Shown: positions 9,973 to 20,076 of the stretch, in pieces
How positions within the stretch are numbered: the first letter of the stretch is position 1
Layout: each line of letters opens with the position of its first letter
DNA from: a virus
Taxonomy: Duplodnaviria; Caudoviricetes
IMG/VR virus record: IMGVR_UViG_3300037518_000230
Location: 1-60,209 of that record
Direction: 5' to 3' (one strand)
Length of the DNA: 60,209 nt
Translations under genes and position numbers: made by a program
Notes under the pieces: generated by a model
Told to the model about the DNA's origin: nothing
The model's input: only the letters and a program-made list of their open reading frames with translations
Databases searched by the model: none

Positions 9973-10458
9973 ATGGCAATATGGACCGAAGCACCCCCGG
10001 AAGTTATCTCGATCGCCGAGGAAATGATCCGCAAGTATCATCCCCGGCTTGCCGGAGCACGGATCGCCTTTGTTATGCGCGATAAGGCAACAAAGAGTCA
10101 GGGAAGGCGCATATGCGGAGAGGCTTCGAAGATATCCGCTAAAATGCAAACCTTGATTCACTATCACTTTATGATCTGGCTCGCAGAGGACTTTTGGAGC
10201 GAGATCACCCATGCCCAACGACTCGCTCTCGTCGATCATGAGCTCTCGCATTGCCGCTGGAACGAGTGGGAAGAGACGGCAGAGATCGTCGGGCATGATA
10301 TCGAGGAGTTCGTCAGCGTAATCGAGCGACACGGCCTTTGGAGCGATGCGACAAAGAACGTCGCCAGGGCCGTTCAACAGCTACCGCTCGAAATGGAAGA
10401 GCTCCCCGCGCGCGGTAAGGTCGGGTCGATCGACCCCGCGCTACTAGAGAAGGCCTAG
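9973..10458 (+). CDS. Putative phage metallopeptidase-domain protein
   Basis: LVDHELSHC...HDIEEF..VIERHGLW. Confidence 0.8.
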   Translation: MAIWTEAPPEVISIAEEMIRKYHPRLAGARIAFVMRDKATKSQGRRICGEASKISAKMQTLIHYHFMIWLAEDFWSEITHAQRLALVDHELSHCRWNEWEETAEIVGHDIEEFVSVIERHGLWSDATKNVARAVQQLPLEMEELPARGKVGSIDPALLEKA

Positions 10459-10561
10459 TATATGGGGGGCTTGATCGCGTGGCTCTTCTGTGGTATTTTG
10501 ACCCCATGAGCCTGTCGAGAGTTCCCCTTTACCCGGAGCGCACCGCCTGATATTAAAGGCG

Positions 10562-11260
10562 GTGATCGCTCTTTCGTTGGCAGCGAGCCTCACCCTCTCC
10601 GATCAAATCAAATCGCCAACACCGGATCGAGAAACTTCGTGCCTTTACGATCCCGATCACCCTAGCTGCGAGAATGTTTATCTTGGCTATTGGTGGGGGA
10701 ACTTCTGGGTCCCCGGCATGATCGACAACATGACCTGGTACACCCCCGCTCCCGACCATATTGTCGGGAAGGCCGTCTTCTACGCGCCTTATATGATGCG
10801 TGCAACAGCCGAGTACCGGGGACTCGATCTCGACGGCTATCTAGACGGTGTAAGCCTGATGTCTCCGGCCGATATTGGTCAGACCGTATGGATCAAACGC
10901 CCTGGCGAAGAATGGGAAGGCCCGTTCCTGGTCGTCGATTGCGCCCGGCGATCGGATATGTACGGGGTGATCGTTCACAATGAAGAGGTTGTCGAGGTCG
11001 GCTTCCGTACCGCCGAGCGCTGGAAGATGGTCAGGCGCACCCAGGAAGGCTGGGTGACGCTCCTGTGGAATATCGAAGGCGTAGAGATATATAAAGGCCC
11101 TAGAGCCCCGCAGGAGCCCTCTCAGGCGATCGTCTATACTGACTGGTTCTTGGAGCGCGTCAGCTTTACCTACCGCTGGCAGAGCCCGCCACGCTTTACC
11201 GGACGACCTCTCTTCTTCAAACAACCGAACCAGTACATCGGCCTATACTTGGCAAATTGA
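10562..11260 (+). CDS. Exported protein, possibly RlpA/3D-like double-psi barrel
   Basis: Hydrophobic N-terminus; IGQTVWI...GPFLVVDCA. Confidence 0.45.
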   Translation: MIALSLAASLTLSDQIKSPTPDRETSCLYDPDHPSCENVYLGYWWGNFWVPGMIDNMTWYTPAPDHIVGKAVFYAPYMMRATAEYRGLDLDGYLDGVSLMSPADIGQTVWIKRPGEEWEGPFLVVDCARRSDMYGVIVHNEEVVEVGFRTAERWKMVRRTQEGWVTLLWNIEGVEIYKGPRAPQEPSQAIVYTDWFLERVSFTYRWQSPPRFTGRPLFFKQPNQYIGLYLAN

Positions 11261-11293
11261 AAGGCGCACCCCGCCCGAAGAGTGCGCCTTTCT
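11259..11293. terminator. Bidirectional terminator between convergent early and late arms
   Basis: gaaaggcgcac...gtgcgcctttc inverted repeat. Confidence 0.75.
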
Positions 11294-11325
11294 GGAGAAG
11301 AAGAGCAACCATGTACCCCGATATT

Positions 11326-11634
11326 CTACCCTCGACCGGCGAGACGCGCAACTACCGATCCGGCCACGTTCCCGTAACCAAGGACTCCTAAGAACATTCC
11401 CAATGCCCCGAAGCCGACCGTTGCGAGTTGCTCGAAAGGCGGCCACGCTACTGCAATATCAGGCGCATAGGCGATGAGCACGAAACCCGCCGCGGCGAGA
11501 CCGGCACGCAGGAAGTTACCCGTCTTCTCCGAAACAACCTCTTCGTCGATCAGGAGTTTGACGCTCCCCAAAATAATCCCGCCTAAGGAAATCCCGAACA
11601 ATACTAAGTTATCCATCAGCTTTTTCCTCCACAT
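11326..11634 (-). CDS. Holin-like membrane protein
   Basis: Three hydrophobic segments; downstream of the endolysin. Confidence 0.65.
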   Translation of the reverse strand: MWRKKLMDNLVLFGISLGGIILGSVKLLIDEEVVSEKTGNFLRAGLAAAGFVLIAYAPDIAVAWPPFEQLATVGFGALGMFLGVLGYGNVAGSVVARLAGRG

Positions 11635-12148
11635 GTGTTTGTCGAATGAGCTCGGTCAGAAGCCGTATAAGTGTTTCCGTTCGCGTCTGATACTCGCGCT
11701 CCCAGTTATCGTGATCGACGAGCGTCGAATGAACCGTATCGATCCGAATAGATAGCCCTTCCTGGACACTTGAAAGGATTTTACTTATCGCCTTCTGTTC
11801 TTCGGCGAGCCGGGCTAGCCCTTCGGAGTATATTTGATTGCGATCATTCTCCCGTCTATCCATCCACTCCATAAGGCGATCGTCTCGTTCCTTCTGAGCC
11901 GCCTGACTTGTGTTGTTCATTGTAGTGACAGTATCGGCCCACCGCGCCTCGCTCCGGCTGATATGCGCCATCATAAGCCGGACGAGATAGCCGGTAAAAA
12001 CGAGCATAATAAGACCGATTGCGAGCGGAGGCCATAGGTTACTAAGCGCCTCAATCTCGCCTACTGTTTGAAAGAATGTTCCAATAGCAAGCATAATTAA
12101 CCCCGCGATTGAATATCCAGCATACGCCTTCCATACCGAGAATAACAT
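11609..12148 (-). CDS. Lysis-cassette membrane protein (two TM plus coiled coil)
   Basis: Two N-terminal TM segments; lies between endolysin and holin. Confidence 0.55.
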   Translation of the reverse strand: MLFSVWKAYAGYSIAGLIMLAIGTFFQTVGEIEALSNLWPPLAIGLIMLVFTGYLVRLMMAHISRSEARWADTVTTMNNTSQAAQKERDDRLMEWMDRRENDRNQIYSEGLARLAEEQKAISKILSSVQEGLSIRIDTVHSTLVDHDNWEREYQTRTETLIRLLTELIRQTHVEEKADG

Positions 12149-12151
12149 CGA

Positions 12152-13174
12152 TTACACTTTCTGAAGTTTCCAACCCGGTTCCCAAAACCAACCCTCGACA
12201 CCGTTCGCATCTCGAACGAACCACCACTCCTCCGACCTCTGGCCGAGATCGAAGACGCGCTCCCCGTCATTGATGAATCGGATCAGGTTAGGAGGGCTCG
12301 ATTGAACTCCTGGGCTAGTCCGGAAGTTCCCCCCGACAACAACAAGATATTCGTCGAGCGCCGGAGGAGGAGTGGGAGCCTCTTCGCACTCGGTCTGGTT
12401 CTGTGCGAGCCATTCGAGAAGAGCATCAACGGGAACGACTTTCTCTGTCATATCTGCATACCTCCATAGATTGAGCAATAGCTCCATCCAGTAATCGCGA
12501 TCGACGGTTGCACTCTGAACCCATGGAACGGCCCAGGATGATGTTTGCTGCCATGCCACGACATCGGGCGTGTAGTCTCTTGGAAGATCGGGGCCGATAT
12601 TATTGTAACCCGTTAGAAAGTGATCGAGCTCTCGGAAAAACTGAGGTACCTGAAGTTGATTTAAGAACCAAGCCCCGGAGTAAGGGAGCGGAGGGATTCC
12701 CCAAAAGTCATCGATCTTCTGGAGCCATAGCTCAACATCGCTCCACCGCACCGGCGCAAGCTCGACGTCCGGCATCCCTCCGAGCTCGCCCATATCCCCA
12801 TCGACGAGATCGATCGCCCGGCGCATCCCGTCGAAGTGCTGCTGCCCGGACGAGGCCGGGTCCCATACCCAGTATATCATTCGCAGCATTCCGACTCTCT
12901 TCGCGTTCTTCCAGTTCTCGACGAACCGGCTATCGGTCCACCCCGAAAGCCCGTGTCGCTGACCACCGCGTATTGCGGCGAAGCGAACACCGTCCTTCCA
13001 GGCAGCGTCCCAGTCGATCGCCCCCTGATAGAACGAGACGTCGATTCCGAGCGGGAGTTGATCGCGAGGGTACAGCGGGGGTGTAGCAGCGAAGGCCTCG
13101 ATGAGCACCGATGGATCAGGCGCGATCGAGAGCCCGTCTCGAATTGCTTGGCCGAGAGCGATACCTTTATCCAT
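12152..13174 (-). CDS. Endolysin: GH25 muramidase with C-terminal SH3-like cell-wall-binding domain
   Basis: GIDVSFYQGAIDW, DVE acidic motif, AWQQTS, VDRD; C-terminal NFRTSPG...WWFVR..GVEGW. Confidence 0.9.
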   Translation of the reverse strand: MDKGIALGQAIRDGLSIAPDPSVLIEAFAATPPLYPRDQLPLGIDVSFYQGAIDWDAAWKDGVRFAAIRGGQRHGLSGWTDSRFVENWKNAKRVGMLRMIYWVWDPASSGQQHFDGMRRAIDLVDGDMGELGGMPDVELAPVRWSDVELWLQKIDDFWGIPPLPYSGAWFLNQLQVPQFFRELDHFLTGYNNIGPDLPRDYTPDVVAWQQTSSWAVPWVQSATVDRDYWMELLLNLWRYADMTEKVVPVDALLEWLAQNQTECEEAPTPPPALDEYLVVVGGNFRTSPGVQSSPPNLIRFINDGERVFDLGQRSEEWWFVRDANGVEGWFWEPGWKLQKV

Positions 13175-14018
13175 GACCATACATCGCCTTTGTCTGCTCA
13201 TAAAGAGCATTGATTGTAAAGTCTGGCACCGCCGCAGCACACAGGAACACATTCGAATAGAACGCCGGCAATGCCCGTCCTGTGCTTTCCATTCGACCAA
13301 CCGTAAACGGTGCCGTCGAATTAAAGATCGAAGCCGGAATAGCCGTTGTGTTTACGGTCTTTTCCTTGTCCACCCAAATAGCGCTTTCAGTCGATGGATC
13401 AAAGCGCGCGGCCAAGAATACCCATTGTTCCTGCGGGAGCGCTCCTGGGCTGTTCACCGCGACCAGCGAAGTCCCCGGATTCCCGGTTGCACTGACTAGA
13501 AAAGACGCCGTTGCCCCCGCCGCCCCCATTCCCAGTGCATACGAGAACTGATTCCCGGCGAAGTTGGCCTTAGCAACCGCCCCCAGGAAGTTGCCAGGTG
13601 TCACAGGATAAATCCATATCCAACACCCCAAAGTCAGACCACGAAGGCTCGGCGTTACAAAACCATCAAGTCCAGTAATGTCCAAATTCGCATTATTGGC
13701 AAAAGACAGCCACGCAGACGTTGCTTCGAGATTGACTGCCGGAGCAAGCCCGAACTGCCGACCATTTGTGCCAGGACCAATGCTGTCACCGCCGCCGCAG
13801 GTATAGACAAACGCGCCGTTCGCTGTCAAATTTAATCCAATATGGCTCATATCAACTGCTGATCCCGCAGAACTCGATCCTGACATCGGCCAGAAGCCGC
13901 GCAAGACGGGAAGTTGAAGATAGCAAGAAACAGCCGACTTCCAGGCGAAGTTCGGCTCGTTGCGTTGAGGATAATACGATCTTAGGCTCTCGATCAAAAC
14001 GTCATTCTGTCCCATCAA
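13167..14018 (-). CDS. Tail-associated LamG/concanavalin-like protein
   Basis: GFWPM, LTLGCWI, WVFLAARFD, IWVD, FTVG. Confidence 0.7.
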   Translation of the reverse strand: MMGQNDVLIESLRSYYPQRNEPNFAWKSAVSCYLQLPVLRGFWPMSGSSSAGSAVDMSHIGLNLTANGAFVYTCGGGDSIGPGTNGRQFGLAPAVNLEATSAWLSFANNANLDITGLDGFVTPSLRGLTLGCWIWIYPVTPGNFLGAVAKANFAGNQFSYALGMGAAGATASFLVSATGNPGTSLVAVNSPGALPQEQWVFLAARFDPSTESAIWVDKEKTVNTTAIPASIFNSTAPFTVGRMESTGRALPAFYSNVFLCAAAVPDFTINALYEQTKAMYGHG

Positions 14019-15196
14019 ACACCGCCCATCGAGATACGCGCGAGAAGCTGAGAAGCGCTCCCTGAATTTCGATCATGGAGCTCGACCTGATCCGGAACGG
14101 TAAACTTTACCCGGTCGATCAGGATCGAGCGAGGATCCCGACTAAGGTTGCTTTGTGGGATCGGTCGGCTTGCTAAAAGATCGGATGCGAAGGCCCAGTA
14201 CCCAGGACGAACCATAGAAGGAGCTACCTCACCCCTGCCATCATATGTAAAGACGCGCTGCACATTATTGCGTACACGCGTCGAGTAGAAATACTCCTCA
14301 TCAACCCCCCTATAATAGGCCTTTCTATCCCCATAAATCCCAAAAGATATTTGCTGCCCTGAGTTAATCCCTAGCTTGAATAATTCCTGTAAAACTTGAG
14401 AAGCCTTCTTGTCGTTGTTCTCATAAATATCGACTTGAAAGCTATTCTCTACAATATTGGTGTAGTCTGTGCTGAAGTAAGAGTTAGGTTCTGCTTGAAG
14501 AACCCGCTGTAACTTCCCGTATGGGCTATCATTATCAGAGAGATCGATCTCGCCGCCTTCCGCTGTTTGATTATAGGCATAGAGAAGAGTGAAATAATAA
14601 TAGCCTAGTATTTCGAGAGAGATGGTCACTTCTCCCGGTTGAAATCCGATCGTCTTCGAAGATGGAGGGTCCTTTAGTTCTTCAAGTAGCGCATCCCGAA
14701 CCTCTTCGGCCTCGGATAAAGTCGCACCGCCAAGGGACTGAATATATTCGATAAAACCCCATCGATCTTGCGAGTCGGTATCGATAGCATAGTCCGTTTT
14801 CTCGCGTGCCCCAACGAGCGGAGGCGTTACACTTGTATCGACAGTCGAGAAAACAACCGCGATATTGTTTCCTATCTCCATGAATGGACCAATAACGCTT
14901 CGATATCTTCCGACTTGTAGAGATATCGAATTGACAAAACCATTGAATACCAAGTCTTGATCCTGATTATATACTTCTATATCTCTAAGCAATCCATCCT
15001 CAATCCACTCATCGATATCTTGTTCCTCCATCGAAAAAGATATCGATGACCTATCAAATCCGATCCAGTCAGTAAGATCATGACTGTAATCAAGAAGCGG
15101 CCATGTAAGGTTACGAATAAATGAGCCACCCCGAATGATCGGATTTGATATCTTGAAAGAGAGCCCTTTATTGCTAACTCCGGATGGCGTTGTCAT
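14015..15196 (-). CDS. Tail tip/baseplate hub protein
   Basis: Position in the tail module; beta-rich composition. Confidence 0.6.
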   Translation of the reverse strand: MTTPSGVSNKGLSFKISNPIIRGGSFIRNLTWPLLDYSHDLTDWIGFDRSSISFSMEEQDIDEWIEDGLLRDIEVYNQDQDLVFNGFVNSISLQVGRYRSVIGPFMEIGNNIAVVFSTVDTSVTPPLVGAREKTDYAIDTDSQDRWGFIEYIQSLGGATLSEAEEVRDALLEELKDPPSSKTIGFQPGEVTISLEILGYYYFTLLYAYNQTAEGGEIDLSDNDSPYGKLQRVLQAEPNSYFSTDYTNIVENSFQVDIYENNDKKASQVLQELFKLGINSGQQISFGIYGDRKAYYRGVDEEYFYSTRVRNNVQRVFTYDGRGEVAPSMVRPGYWAFASDLLASRPIPQSNLSRDPRSILIDRVKFTVPDQVELHDRNSGSASQLLARISMGGV

Positions 15197-18100
15197 CGGT
15201 TCCCCCTTGCTTGAAGGTATCGTTGTGCTTTTTGAAGCTCAACAACATCACCGTGTAAATTTCCTGCTACAAATCCAACCTCCGGATCGAGACTTAGACC
15301 CAGACTATAGATACGTTGCCTCCGGTTTGCCTGAAGTGTGAAGGGTCTAACAACAACATTATCAATCGACGCTGCGCCGGGCTCAAAGACCCGGATTGAC
15401 TCGCGAGGAGACTGAAGCGAGTCGATCACCGTATTATTCACGATCGAGCCGCCATCATATTGGCCGACCCACTCGTCGATCGGCATGATCCATATATCCA
15501 TAAGATCGACGTCGATACTCCCGGCTGCCGCCAAACAGAAATTAATAGTGATCGAGAATAAGCCCGACTCTCCTGGTAAAAGGAGCGGATCTGGAAACTC
15601 AAAAATACCATAGTCGATCGTCATAATATTTGTTCCATCAACAAGGATAGGAACATCACTATTTCGATAGATATCTCCATAGGTCGTAACAATCGCGATC
15701 TCGGTTAGAACATCTTCCGATGCACCACTTAGAGCAACAAGGCGAGCAAATACTCGGAAGCGCCCGAAATAGTCAGCACCACTAGCAGACCAGGTAGATC
15801 GAACCGCTCCTGCACAAACGGTTGTGTTTACCGTAAATCGTCTCGCATACCCTGTCGGGAAATCACCGCGTGGAACAACTGCGTCTCCGCTAGTCGTGCC
15901 CTGTGTCCATCCATCAACAACCCGGCTACTCGCATCGATAACTGCCGAGAAATCCTCGCCCCGATCAACAGAGCGTGTCGCTATGAAACGGTCCGGAAGA
16001 CCTGCGCCACTCAGATGATCGATCGCCGCCCGAACTAGCGCCGGGATATCCCCTCCGATCGAATCTTCGGCAACCTCGATGTAGGGAAGGAACGGTGTGA
16101 AAAGATGCTCGCTCTGCTGAACCGGAGGAGTTAGATTGACAGCCGCGACACCCAAAACAACCCTTATCCAGAAAGCCGAAACGCCATTGACAATCGTCTG
16201 AACCCAGTCGTCTCCAGGCCGAAAGACCGCCTGAAGATTGCCAGTATCTCCAAAGAATTGTGTACCCGGACTACTTGGAAACCCCGACCATGTTGCCCCG
16301 TCCCAGTATTGCCAGCTAAGAACAGAAAGCGTTCCGAATCCCGTCGAAGCGATATTGAAAAGCACACTCGAAAAAGCGGAGAGAGCCGATCCAATATAAA
16401 GTATGTCATCCTGATTGGCTGGGTCGGGGAATAGATTATACGGTGGTGCTCCTTCGAGAAGATTGGCGCTATAGGTTCCGGCCGAGTCGTCGAATACGAA
16501 CGCATGAGTTAGAGGTGCACCGCGCTTGTTCGCCCAGGCGATCGTAGCCCCGTCGCAGCTTGACGTGAGTTCGCCGGTGATAAAGGGCTCTTCGCTCTCG
16601 AAGATATCTTCGATCTCCTCAGACGACAGCACTTCATCCATGATCGCTAGGTCGTCGATGACGCCGTTTGCTTGATCGTCGGGTACTGTGGTCGAGCCAA
16701 TGTAGATGTCAGATCCCAATACTGGGGCGGTGTATGTACCGCCTGTAGCAACAGATACCCCGTTGCGATAAATAGCTAACCCGGAGTTACCGTACACAAA
16801 AGCAAGGTGCTGCTCAACGTATGCGGAAAAGGTCAGGGCCGGAGTTGAGATGGTGTTTGTGCCATCCGTGAAATAAATCCTGTCGTCCGAAGCCTGATAA
16901 TAGGCCTCAAGACTTCCTTCGTCGAACAAACTCTGATCGGGTCCATCCTGATCGCTGTATGGAATCCACCACATCGAGATTGTTCCGGCAGTGTCGCTAA
17001 GAGGGTTAGCATAAGCCAGGACCGTCACCGTCCGCGTACTTGTCGATGCGTGCGCCGTTCCGGTCCAGGCGTGGCCTGCTCCGAGCGAGCCGTCGCAATT
17101 GTGGGTGACAAATCCGTTTGCAATAAATTCGTGACCATCTTGTAATGTAATGTCAATCAGTCTTCGTTTGCCAAGAGGAGTAATGCTCTCGATTTTTGAG
17201 TGCTCTCTTCTCTTATAATGACTGACATCGTGTGCAAGGAGTCGATCTTGTTTATAGTCTACCTCTGGGGATAAACCCATATTCCTCAAGTAGATGCTGT
17301 CTGCCTTAGTAATTCTAATTCTCCAGGTTGTACCTTGTCCCCCATAGGACGAGTTCTGATCATAAACAAACGACGATATGTGTCCATTTACTCCCAGCCT
17401 CATAGATAATAGATTTCCCAGCTCTTTGACTAGAGTCTCTGAGATAGAGTTGTAGCTGATCGCTCCATCCTTGTCTACACTACCGTCAGAATCAATCATT
17501 CCAGATAAAAAGGCTACCAAGTCTACAAGTCCATAGTCCCACACAATATCGGGTATTCTTTTTCCAGATGCTCCGCAGTCTGCCGGAACACCTCTTTTGT
17601 GAAGCATGGATGCTATCTCAGAGTTATAAGTTGTCAACATCCACTCTCGGTCACAAGAATTCCTTAGGGACGGATATGTTTCTTTTCCGCGTACGATAGA
17701 CGCGGGCATTGCTATTTTATATTTCTCGTGAACTTTTTCTGCCAATGCCTTGTTGTTTATTCCGAATGTCCATCCAATTTGGGGTTTTCCATTACAGTCG
17801 CTTGAGCAGAAATATCCATCGCCAATTAGGTGGCCTAATAAATATGCCAAATCTGGTTCATGCCCATCGTTCGTGATATTGGAACTTGTGTTGAGGCGCA
17901 GATAATCTCCAACCTCTAATTCTTCAGTGGTCCTGTACCGCCAACCGCTCGTTTTGTTATAATCCCACGGCCATCTCGTAGCCAAAAATCTATGCTCGTC
18001 AGAAGCGATAACGGTAAACCCATTTTTGAGTTTGATCTCATAGGCACCCGCAAAAACATCCCATTTGTCAATTACAGTATTCTTCTCTCCCTCCGGACCA

Positions 18101-20076
18101 ATAAGACAATCGCCAATCTTGATGTTGTCTAGCGTTTTGAAGCCTTCTCCAGATAAAACTAATGTTTCTGGACCTAGGCAGTAGCCGAGCCAGTATGCCG
18201 AGGCGTAGCAGGCGGCGGCGTCGATGTAGATAAACTCTCCGGCTGTCGGGGCTGATCCTACCTCTTGTAGCAACAACTGGCCCGACAAATCCCCAGCATC
18301 AGGCGTTCCGTAGGCAACAACAAACTGCCACTGATCTCGGATCGTCATATCAATGTCGCCCTGGACCAATCCCGTTGCACCCACAAAGCCGCTGAAGAGC
18401 CATCGTAAATCAGTTCCATCGTATGAGGCCGGAACATAGATCCATGCTCCGGTTACATGAGCCGCTGCCGTGAGCGTGATAGATGATATCTGAGCAAGCG
18501 TTGCTGTGTTGTCCTGATAAGTAACTTTGAGACTATTTGATCCGACATATGCCTGCTCGGTAGATTGCGCAATCGTGTTCGCTCCACCTGTTGCCCACCC
18601 GGTCGTGTTAGTCTCAAGGGATGGGTTTTCGACTATGTTTTCCGCTGCCTCGCCGGTCTGGACACCGTACCCGTACTTGCCGGGCCGACCGATCAGACCG
18701 CCGGATGCCGTCGAAGGAGCCTGTCCGGTCTGAGCGCCGAGATCAACCGAGAAATTCTGTTCCGGCTCGACTTCGGGATTCGGCGTATCATAGGCCGCAT
18801 AAAAAAGTACATCGTCTGATTCCCCAGCGATCGGCGAGTAGAGATAATTCATCTGACCTGGAAGGCAGCAGAGTGCATCGCCCCACTCATGAAATGTCTG
18901 AAAGACGGTTAGCTCCGGTGTATCAGAGGTCGATTCGTTCCGGGCTACATTACCAGACCCCTCGACGAGATTAACTTGCCAGAGAGTATTTGCATCCACT
19001 CCGGGAGGATCACAGAGAGGCGCAGGTTCAAAGGACGTCGTATATCGAAGCACATCTGATATCCGCTGCCAACCCATAGATGCGAGCCCATAATCGAATA
19101 GGAAGCGAAGATCATCATTGAGCTCGACAGTCCCCGCCGCCGCTACTTGTGTCGCGTAAGCTACCTCTTGCCCATCGACCCACAGCCGGATTTGCCGCGT
19201 TCCACCGTCGTCATAAGTCATCGCTAGATGATGCCACTCTCCATCGACAATATTAATATTCGAAGAGACACTACGCGCATCAGTGCTATTTGTCTCAATC
19301 TCTGCCTCGATTGAACCATCTGAATTTGCTCGTAAGAACCATTCCCCTGTCCCCTTTACAAAGATTGATAACTGCTGACCAGACTCGATTTCGTCAATCT
19401 TGAAATATCCTTCGGCAGTAAATGCATCATCTTGAATACCATCAATTGAGTTGGTCCCATCAGTTTGTATAAACGGCGTTACTGTTGAAGGAACATCGCC
19501 AGAATCTATCTTATCGATAGAATAATATAAACATATATCGTCAAGAGTTCCGTAAGCTGGGAGACAATCTCCTTCTCCAGGCACGGTGCTTTGCCAAGTA
19601 TTATGTTCGAGTGTTAGGGCTATTTGATTGCCATAAGAATACTCATTCACGTTATAGAACGGTGCTGTAAATGGATTGACAACTTGAGGGAGACGATAGT
19701 TTACAAGAACGGCATAGCGGCTCTCTGTTTCCAGATGTGCCCTTGCTTCGATGATAACGGGATCTGGCTGTACTCTTCCACCCGACCAGTAATCGACGCC
19801 CGATTGCAGCAGGCGAAGGAGCTCCTGCATAGCCCGGATGCTCTGGTCCTGTTCGGGCGTTGTGATCGCGAAGGTTAGATTCTCGACCGTCGTCTCCCAT
19901 TGATAGCTTGTGATCCGGCGATAATCGAAAAGCGGGCTATCGGCGATCACGCCGCCACCCTTAAAGCCAGGGATGACCGGAGCCCACTCGTTGAGAATAT
20001 AAGGCGATCCGGGAGCTAAGAAGTCGATCGTTACAATACTGTTGTAGATTTTGAAAACCGCAAGTCCGTTGCTCAT
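15193..20076 (-). CDS. Large distal tail protein with LamG and CBM-like domains, interrupted by an intein
   Basis: Directly after the tape measure; DGEWHHLAMTYD (LamG), NIVENPSLETNTTGW (CBM-like), second LamG after the intein. Confidence 0.85.
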   Translation of the reverse strand: MSNGLAVFKIYNSIVTIDFLAPGSPYILNEWAPVIPGFKGGGVIADSPLFDYRRITSYQWETTVENLTFAITTPEQDQSIRAMQELLRLLQSGVDYWSGGRVQPDPVIIEARAHLETESRYAVLVNYRLPQVVNPFTAPFYNVNEYSYGNQIALTLEHNTWQSTVPGEGDCLPAYGTLDDICLYYSIDKIDSGDVPSTVTPFIQTDGTNSIDGIQDDAFTAEGYFKIDEIESGQQLSIFVKGTGEWFLRANSDGSIEAEIETNSTDARSVSSNINIVDGEWHHLAMTYDDGGTRQIRLWVDGQEVAYATQVAAAGTVELNDDLRFLFDYGLASMGWQRISDVLRYTTSFEPAPLCDPPGVDANTLWQVNLVEGSGNVARNESTSDTPELTVFQTFHEWGDALCCLPGQMNYLYSPIAGESDDVLFYAAYDTPNPEVEPEQNFSVDLGAQTGQAPSTASGGLIGRPGKYGYGVQTGEAAENIVENPSLETNTTGWATGGANTIAQSTEQAYVGSNSLKVTYQDNTATLAQISSITLTAAAHVTGAWIYVPASYDGTDLRWLFSGFVGATGLVQGDIDMTIRDQWQFVVAYGTPDAGDLSGQLLLQEVGSAPTAGEFIYIDAAACYASAYWLGYCLGPETLVLSGEGFKTLDNIKIGDCLIGPEGEKNTVIDKWDVFAGAYEIKLKNGFTVIASDEHRFLATRWPWDYNKTSGWRYRTTEELEVGDYLRLNTSSNITNDGHEPDLAYLLGHLIGDGYFCSSDCNGKPQIGWTFGINNKALAEKVHEKYKIAMPASIVRGKETYPSLRNSCDREWMLTTYNSEIASMLHKRGVPADCGASGKRIPDIVWDYGLVDLVAFLSGMIDSDGSVDKDGAISYNSISETLVKELGNLLSMRLGVNGHISSFVYDQNSSYGGQGTTWRIRITKADSIYLRNMGLSPEVDYKQDRLLAHDVSHYKRREHSKIESITPLGKRRLIDITLQDGHEFIANGFVTHNCDGSLGAGHAWTGTAHASTSTRTVTVLAYANPLSDTAGTISMWWIPYSDQDGPDQSLFDEGSLEAYYQASDDRIYFTDGTNTISTPALTFSAYVEQHLAFVYGNSGLAIYRNGVSVATGGTYTAPVLGSDIYIGSTTVPDDQANGVIDDLAIMDEVLSSEEIEDIFESEEPFITGELTSSCDGATIAWANKRGAPLTHAFVFDDSAGTYSANLLEGAPPYNLFPDPANQDDILYIGSALSAFSSVLFNIASTGFGTLSVLSWQYWDGATWSGFPSSPGTQFFGDTGNLQAVFRPGDDWVQTIVNGVSAFWIRVVLGVAAVNLTPPVQQSEHLFTPFLPYIEVAEDSIGGDIPALVRAAIDHLSGAGLPDRFIATRSVDRGEDFSAVIDASSRVVDGWTQGTTSGDAVVPRGDFPTGYARRFTVNTTVCAGAVRSTWSASGADYFGRFRVFARLVALSGASEDVLTEIAIVTTYGDIYRNSDVPILVDGTNIMTIDYGIFEFPDPLLLPGESGLFSITINFCLAAAGSIDVDLMDIWIMPIDEWVGQYDGGSIVNNTVIDSLQSPRESIRVFEPGAASIDNVVVRPFTLQANRRQRIYSLGLSLDPEVGFVAGNLHGDVVELQKAQRYLQARGNR
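17098..18180 (-). mobile_element. Intein (361 aa) with LAGLIDADG homing endonuclease
   Basis: Starts CLGPETLVL, has block B 'ASDEHRF', LGHLIGDG and LSGMIDSDG, ends FIANGFVTHN|C; AT-richer than flanks. Confidence 0.93.
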
